Origin: Antedon mediterranea
Taxonomy: Eukaryota > Animalia > Echinodermata
Assembly: GCF_964355755.1 (NCBI RefSeq)
Contig: NC_092674.1
Span: forward strand, 8,494,001 to 8,558,000
Length of the DNA: 64,000 nucleotides
Direction of reading: 5' to 3'
The translations under genes and the position numbers were made by a program. Below, in pieces: positions 61,101 to 64,000 of the stretch. The notes beneath the pieces are model-generated. The model ran no database searches and had not been told where the DNA came from. It saw nothing but the letters and a program-made list of their open reading frames with translations. Positions within the stretch are counted from its first letter, which is position 1. Every line of letters starts with the position of its first letter.

Positions 61101-63647
61101 ATCGTTTATAAATGTATACCATTTCAACAAGTTTTATGTGGCATTATAAAATATTTCATAGACCAACGAAAGAAACCCTTTAAGCACAAGTAAGCAGAAC
61201 TTACAAAAATAGATCTTGATTTGTTCAGTGGAAAGTCGATTTCACTGTAATTAATCAGCCACATGTTGATGTCTTTCAAGGAGGATTCATATTTCATTCG
61301 CCTATTATTTGAAATTAAAATTTTAAAACATTATCTCTTTTATATTGCCTAGCCGATTGTCGGTACTGTATCTATTTCCGAAGTATCATAGGAATATGTG
61401 TGTGTTTCACATGTATCTAGTAGTAACCTAACCCTAACCTTGCATGATACAGGCACCACATACTGTATTACCAAATATTCATATGATACTGTATCTGTGG
61501 AGATACAGCATTGGGAACCGGGATGGTTTAGCGGAGCTCTGAAGTTGGCGTCAACACCAGAGTTTGGTATGTGAGAAAACTGATATTTTTATAAGATCAG
61601 TACTCTCTGAGTGATATTAGAAGGTAGAGTTTATTATTCATAATTATCTTGCCTTCGTATATAACACACGTGTTAAACACGTATTAGAAATGAGCAGACA
61701 GATCTGGGGGAGGCATCAAGGCGTAGACCATTGTGGCGGTAAAGGAATCGACTTTTACAAAGGTTTAAGAGAAAAGTTACATTCAGTTACAATCTAAAAC
61801 TAGATTTAATTCGTCACTATGACGAATTATAGGTTATATGCATTGATTTTAATAAAGATAATTGATTTTTAAAAGATATTTTGATTCATTGATTTTCTCA
61901 GATTCTTTAATTATTTATAATATATGATAGGACCTTGCTAACGCGAATACAATAGCCGGTATCACAATCCGATCAAAGATCCCTCTGCGTATAATGTCAT
62001 AAACCACATTTGCTGTTACATAATAATAAAGACATAAGTTATTTTTTATCTAGATTTCATTATAAATCATGTGTATAATATATACACTAAGAAATAAATT
62101 TGAACAAACAATACGGATAATAAAAAAAAATCTTATTTCGTTTCCCAAGGTGAGACTCGATCTCGGTACCTTGAGTGCCATAGACACGAGCACACACCAC
62201 CGAGCCATACACAACTGTCTAAAAATTGTAGAAAAATTCCTCCGTGTATTTACTATGCAGTAACCACTTTGGTGCAGATAGATTATTACATACCGCAATG
62301 AATTATAATTTTTTACTATGATGACATCTCTAAAAATGTACAAAAATGATGCACTGTCAAACTATATACTTTTAACTTTAATATATGAACTTTTGGAGGA
62401 AGAAAGTTAATGTTAAGTTTGTTATTTTGGCCTAAGAAAATGTTATAATTTGTTTGATTGTCGAAATGAATTTTTTTTAATTTAACATGCAATTAATTAT
62501 GGCTTAATCAACTTTTGTTCCCTTAGTTTAATAATAAATCATACATAAGATACATACACTTCAAGAAAATGAAATAAAAAATATGTGTTCCCGAGCATTC
62601 TGACGATCTATATTAATTTTAAAATTTAGCATATTTTCACCATTTTGTTAACTTACACGTGCGTAGCCTGTCACTTTTGACGTGCTCGTATAAGGCAATT
62701 ACGCGTTGAAAAGTGAATAAAATATGATGATATTATTAAAGAAAGGTTGTACAACCGAAATCGGACAAAAAGAGTGCGCATTAACGTATAACGCGCAGTG
62801 CGCGTGCAAAAATCTGCGCACTCATGGCAATTTTTTAAACGCTTAAAATTGCCTGAAACGTACTCTAATTTCATCGAAAATAAATTTTGACAATTTTGAA
62901 CATTTTAAGCGCGCGTACGCAAGCGTTATATGCGCTACGCACGTAATTGTATTGCCATATGATGAAATATGACCTGAAATTTATGAGTACCAAATTTTGT
63001 TTAATTGTGATTCATGCTTGTGAAGATATGATTACAAACGTGATTTCGTAAAATCGCGCGTAGACCGCGTAATTTTTGATTACGCATCGTGAAAATATAA
63101 CCACATCGATTCCTGGCCATAAGGAATATACTCTGAAAAATTGACTTAGATAGATGAAACTGATATCAAGATAATTCACGGACAAAATAGTGCTAAGGAA
63201 AGAATAAATAAATAAATAAAGATTTTGACAGAATCAAGAGGTTATATGCATGATAATGCATATAACCTAATAAGCAGTTCTGAGTTTAATTATTATAAAC
63301 GGTGAAATTACAAACATAAATCCAACAGCAAATATAAATATTTTAAGTTGGAATGATGATAGTTTGAATATTTCGTTTGGAAATTTCCCCTGTGGTACCA
63401 TACTCTTCATCCAAAATGTCATATAGGCCCTACAAATCCATCAAACGTAAATTTGGTTGTGGGGATGATTATCTTCGTTTCTTTTAAGTTAAGTTGACAG
63501 TATAGGAAAAAATACACAGTTGGCGGTAAGAAATTGTTCATTGCGATAGGGTTAGTATTTTCACCTACCTATAGTTTACAGTCGCAACTGCGATTAATAT
63601 TAGTGCTATACCTGCACCAACTAATCCACCAGCAAGACTCGCAATAT
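49191..63647 (-). CDS. Receptor-type (membrane) guanylate cyclase, NPR/GUCY2-like, 5'-partial: TM, kinase-homology, coiled coil and cyclase domains
   Basis: 15 phase-consistent exons: 63647-63569 (TM), 61301-61205, 60992-60828, 59887-59810, 59354-59178, 58814-58646, 53677-53531, 53346-53172, 52605-52465, 52156-52033, 51900-51832, 51658-51484, 51161-51063, 50641-50550, 49304-49191. Motifs [65 protein letters not shown]. Confidence 0.95.
49470..50185. mobile_element. Helentron/HINE-like non-autonomous element 1
   Basis: Starts AACAAGG, has two (CCGA/CCAA)n tracts, ends in hairpin AGTCGCGT-TGC-ACGCGACT followed by AAAAA; no TSD seen; core shared with 62653-63173. Confidence 0.65.
50266..50444. 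mobile_element. MITE family A, 179 bp
   Basis: Near-identical to 8705-8883. Confidence 0.92.
50765..50968 (+). mobile_element. L2-type LINE 3' stub
   Basis: [25 protein letters not shown] then AAGCGC...GCGCTATACAAG and a (TAA)n tail. Confidence 0.75.
53885..54640. repeat. Two diverged direct repeats of about 370 bp inside the Academ arm
   Basis: TTTTGGGGTAGGGGGTA...AACTAGAGGTCAAAAGGT.ATTGACCTTT near 53887 and 54259. Confidence 0.8.
54690..55480 (+). mobile_element. Decayed LINE reverse transcriptase 3' half (L2/Rex1-Babar-like) nested in Academ
   Basis: [76 protein letters not shown], with frameshifts and stops. Confidence 0.9.
55886..56124 (-). mobile_element. tRNA-derived SINE, 3'-truncated, nested in Academ
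   Basis: Reverse complement of about 13233-13475 with high identity. Confidence 0.9.
58155..58600. repeat. Diverged tandem repeat, about 4 copies of 100-120 bp
   Basis: TTGTCAATTGAAATTCTC...TTTTCAAATAGTATTTTAATC...AGAC near 58162, 58264, 58365 and 58483. Confidence 0.75.
60186..60692. mobile_element. MITE family D copy
   Basis: Same TIRs and body as 14239-14685 plus short internal insertions. Confidence 0.9.
61797..63271. mobile_element. Helentron/HINE-like non-autonomous element 2
   Basis: Left hairpin AATTCGTCA-CTA-TGACGAATT then AGGTTATATGCAT (61831); right end has an (AATA)n tract then AGGTTATATGCAT-GATA-ATGCATATAACCT (63239-63268), an asymmetric sub-terminal IR plus palindrome layout. 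Confidence 0.65.
62135..62212 (-). pseudogene. tRNA-like / SINE-head sequence inside element 2
   Basis: Minus strand GTGTATGGCTCGGTGGTGTGTGCTCGTGTCTATGGCACTCAAGGTACCGAGATCGAGTCTCACC has A- and B-box-like motifs at tRNA spacing; cloverleaf imperfect. Confidence 0.5.
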
Positions 63648-63757
63648 CTGTTGGCAGAAAATAAGATAAACTAATTTCATACTGTCTTATTACGTTTCAG
63701 TCTTGTTTATAAATTCAGTGAAGACTAAGTACTCTCATTTTGTACAAATCATGTTTA

Positions 63758-63936
63758 AGCGTGGTTCCCACTAGCGACGCAACACAAGGACGTAACGCAA
63801 CGCAAGTGAATTGACCAATCACAAGCGATGGCTTATTCGCTTGTGATTGCTAACTGTCTATAACTTCGCTTGTCATTGGTTAAAACGCTTCCGTTGCGTT
63901 TACGTCCTTGCGTTACGTTCTAGTGGGAACCAAGCT
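63758..63936. mobile_element. MITE family A, 179 bp, opposite orientation
   Basis: Reverse complement of 50266-50444 with few differences. Confidence 0.92.
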
Positions 63937-64000
63937 TAAGTAATTGATTTCCAAAAAAAGTTATCAATGAAATACAATATTAATAGAGTAGGCCTAGAAT

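Overview
AT-rich (roughly one third GC by eye), intron-rich eukaryotic genomic DNA. Gene content and repeats suggest an invertebrate deuterostome, possibly an echinoderm (inference only). Five spliced genes were rebuilt by hand with phase-consistent GT-AG introns: the 3' part of a BCOR/BCORL1 homolog (+, 241-8209); an uncharacterised 8-exon gene of about 839 aa (+, 11019-19185) with an adjacent forkhead and RFX X-box motif upstream; RBM18 (-, 23986-27439); an acetylcholinesterase with a T/WAT tail ending in RNEL (-, 33446-39437); and the 3' part of a receptor guanylate cyclase (-, 49191-63647). Introns are full of mobile DNA: a 4.26-kb decayed Academ transposon with intact ends and nested LINE/SINE, several MITE families, two Helentron-like elements sharing one core, tRNA-derived SINEs and LINE 3' stubs. 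Short motifs TAGGCCTA, TAC(A/T)GTA and TAC(C/G)GTA are strongly over-represented and may be excision scars. No CRISPR array, rRNA or intact tRNA was seen. I found no clearly new multi-gene system; the best leads are listed as findings.
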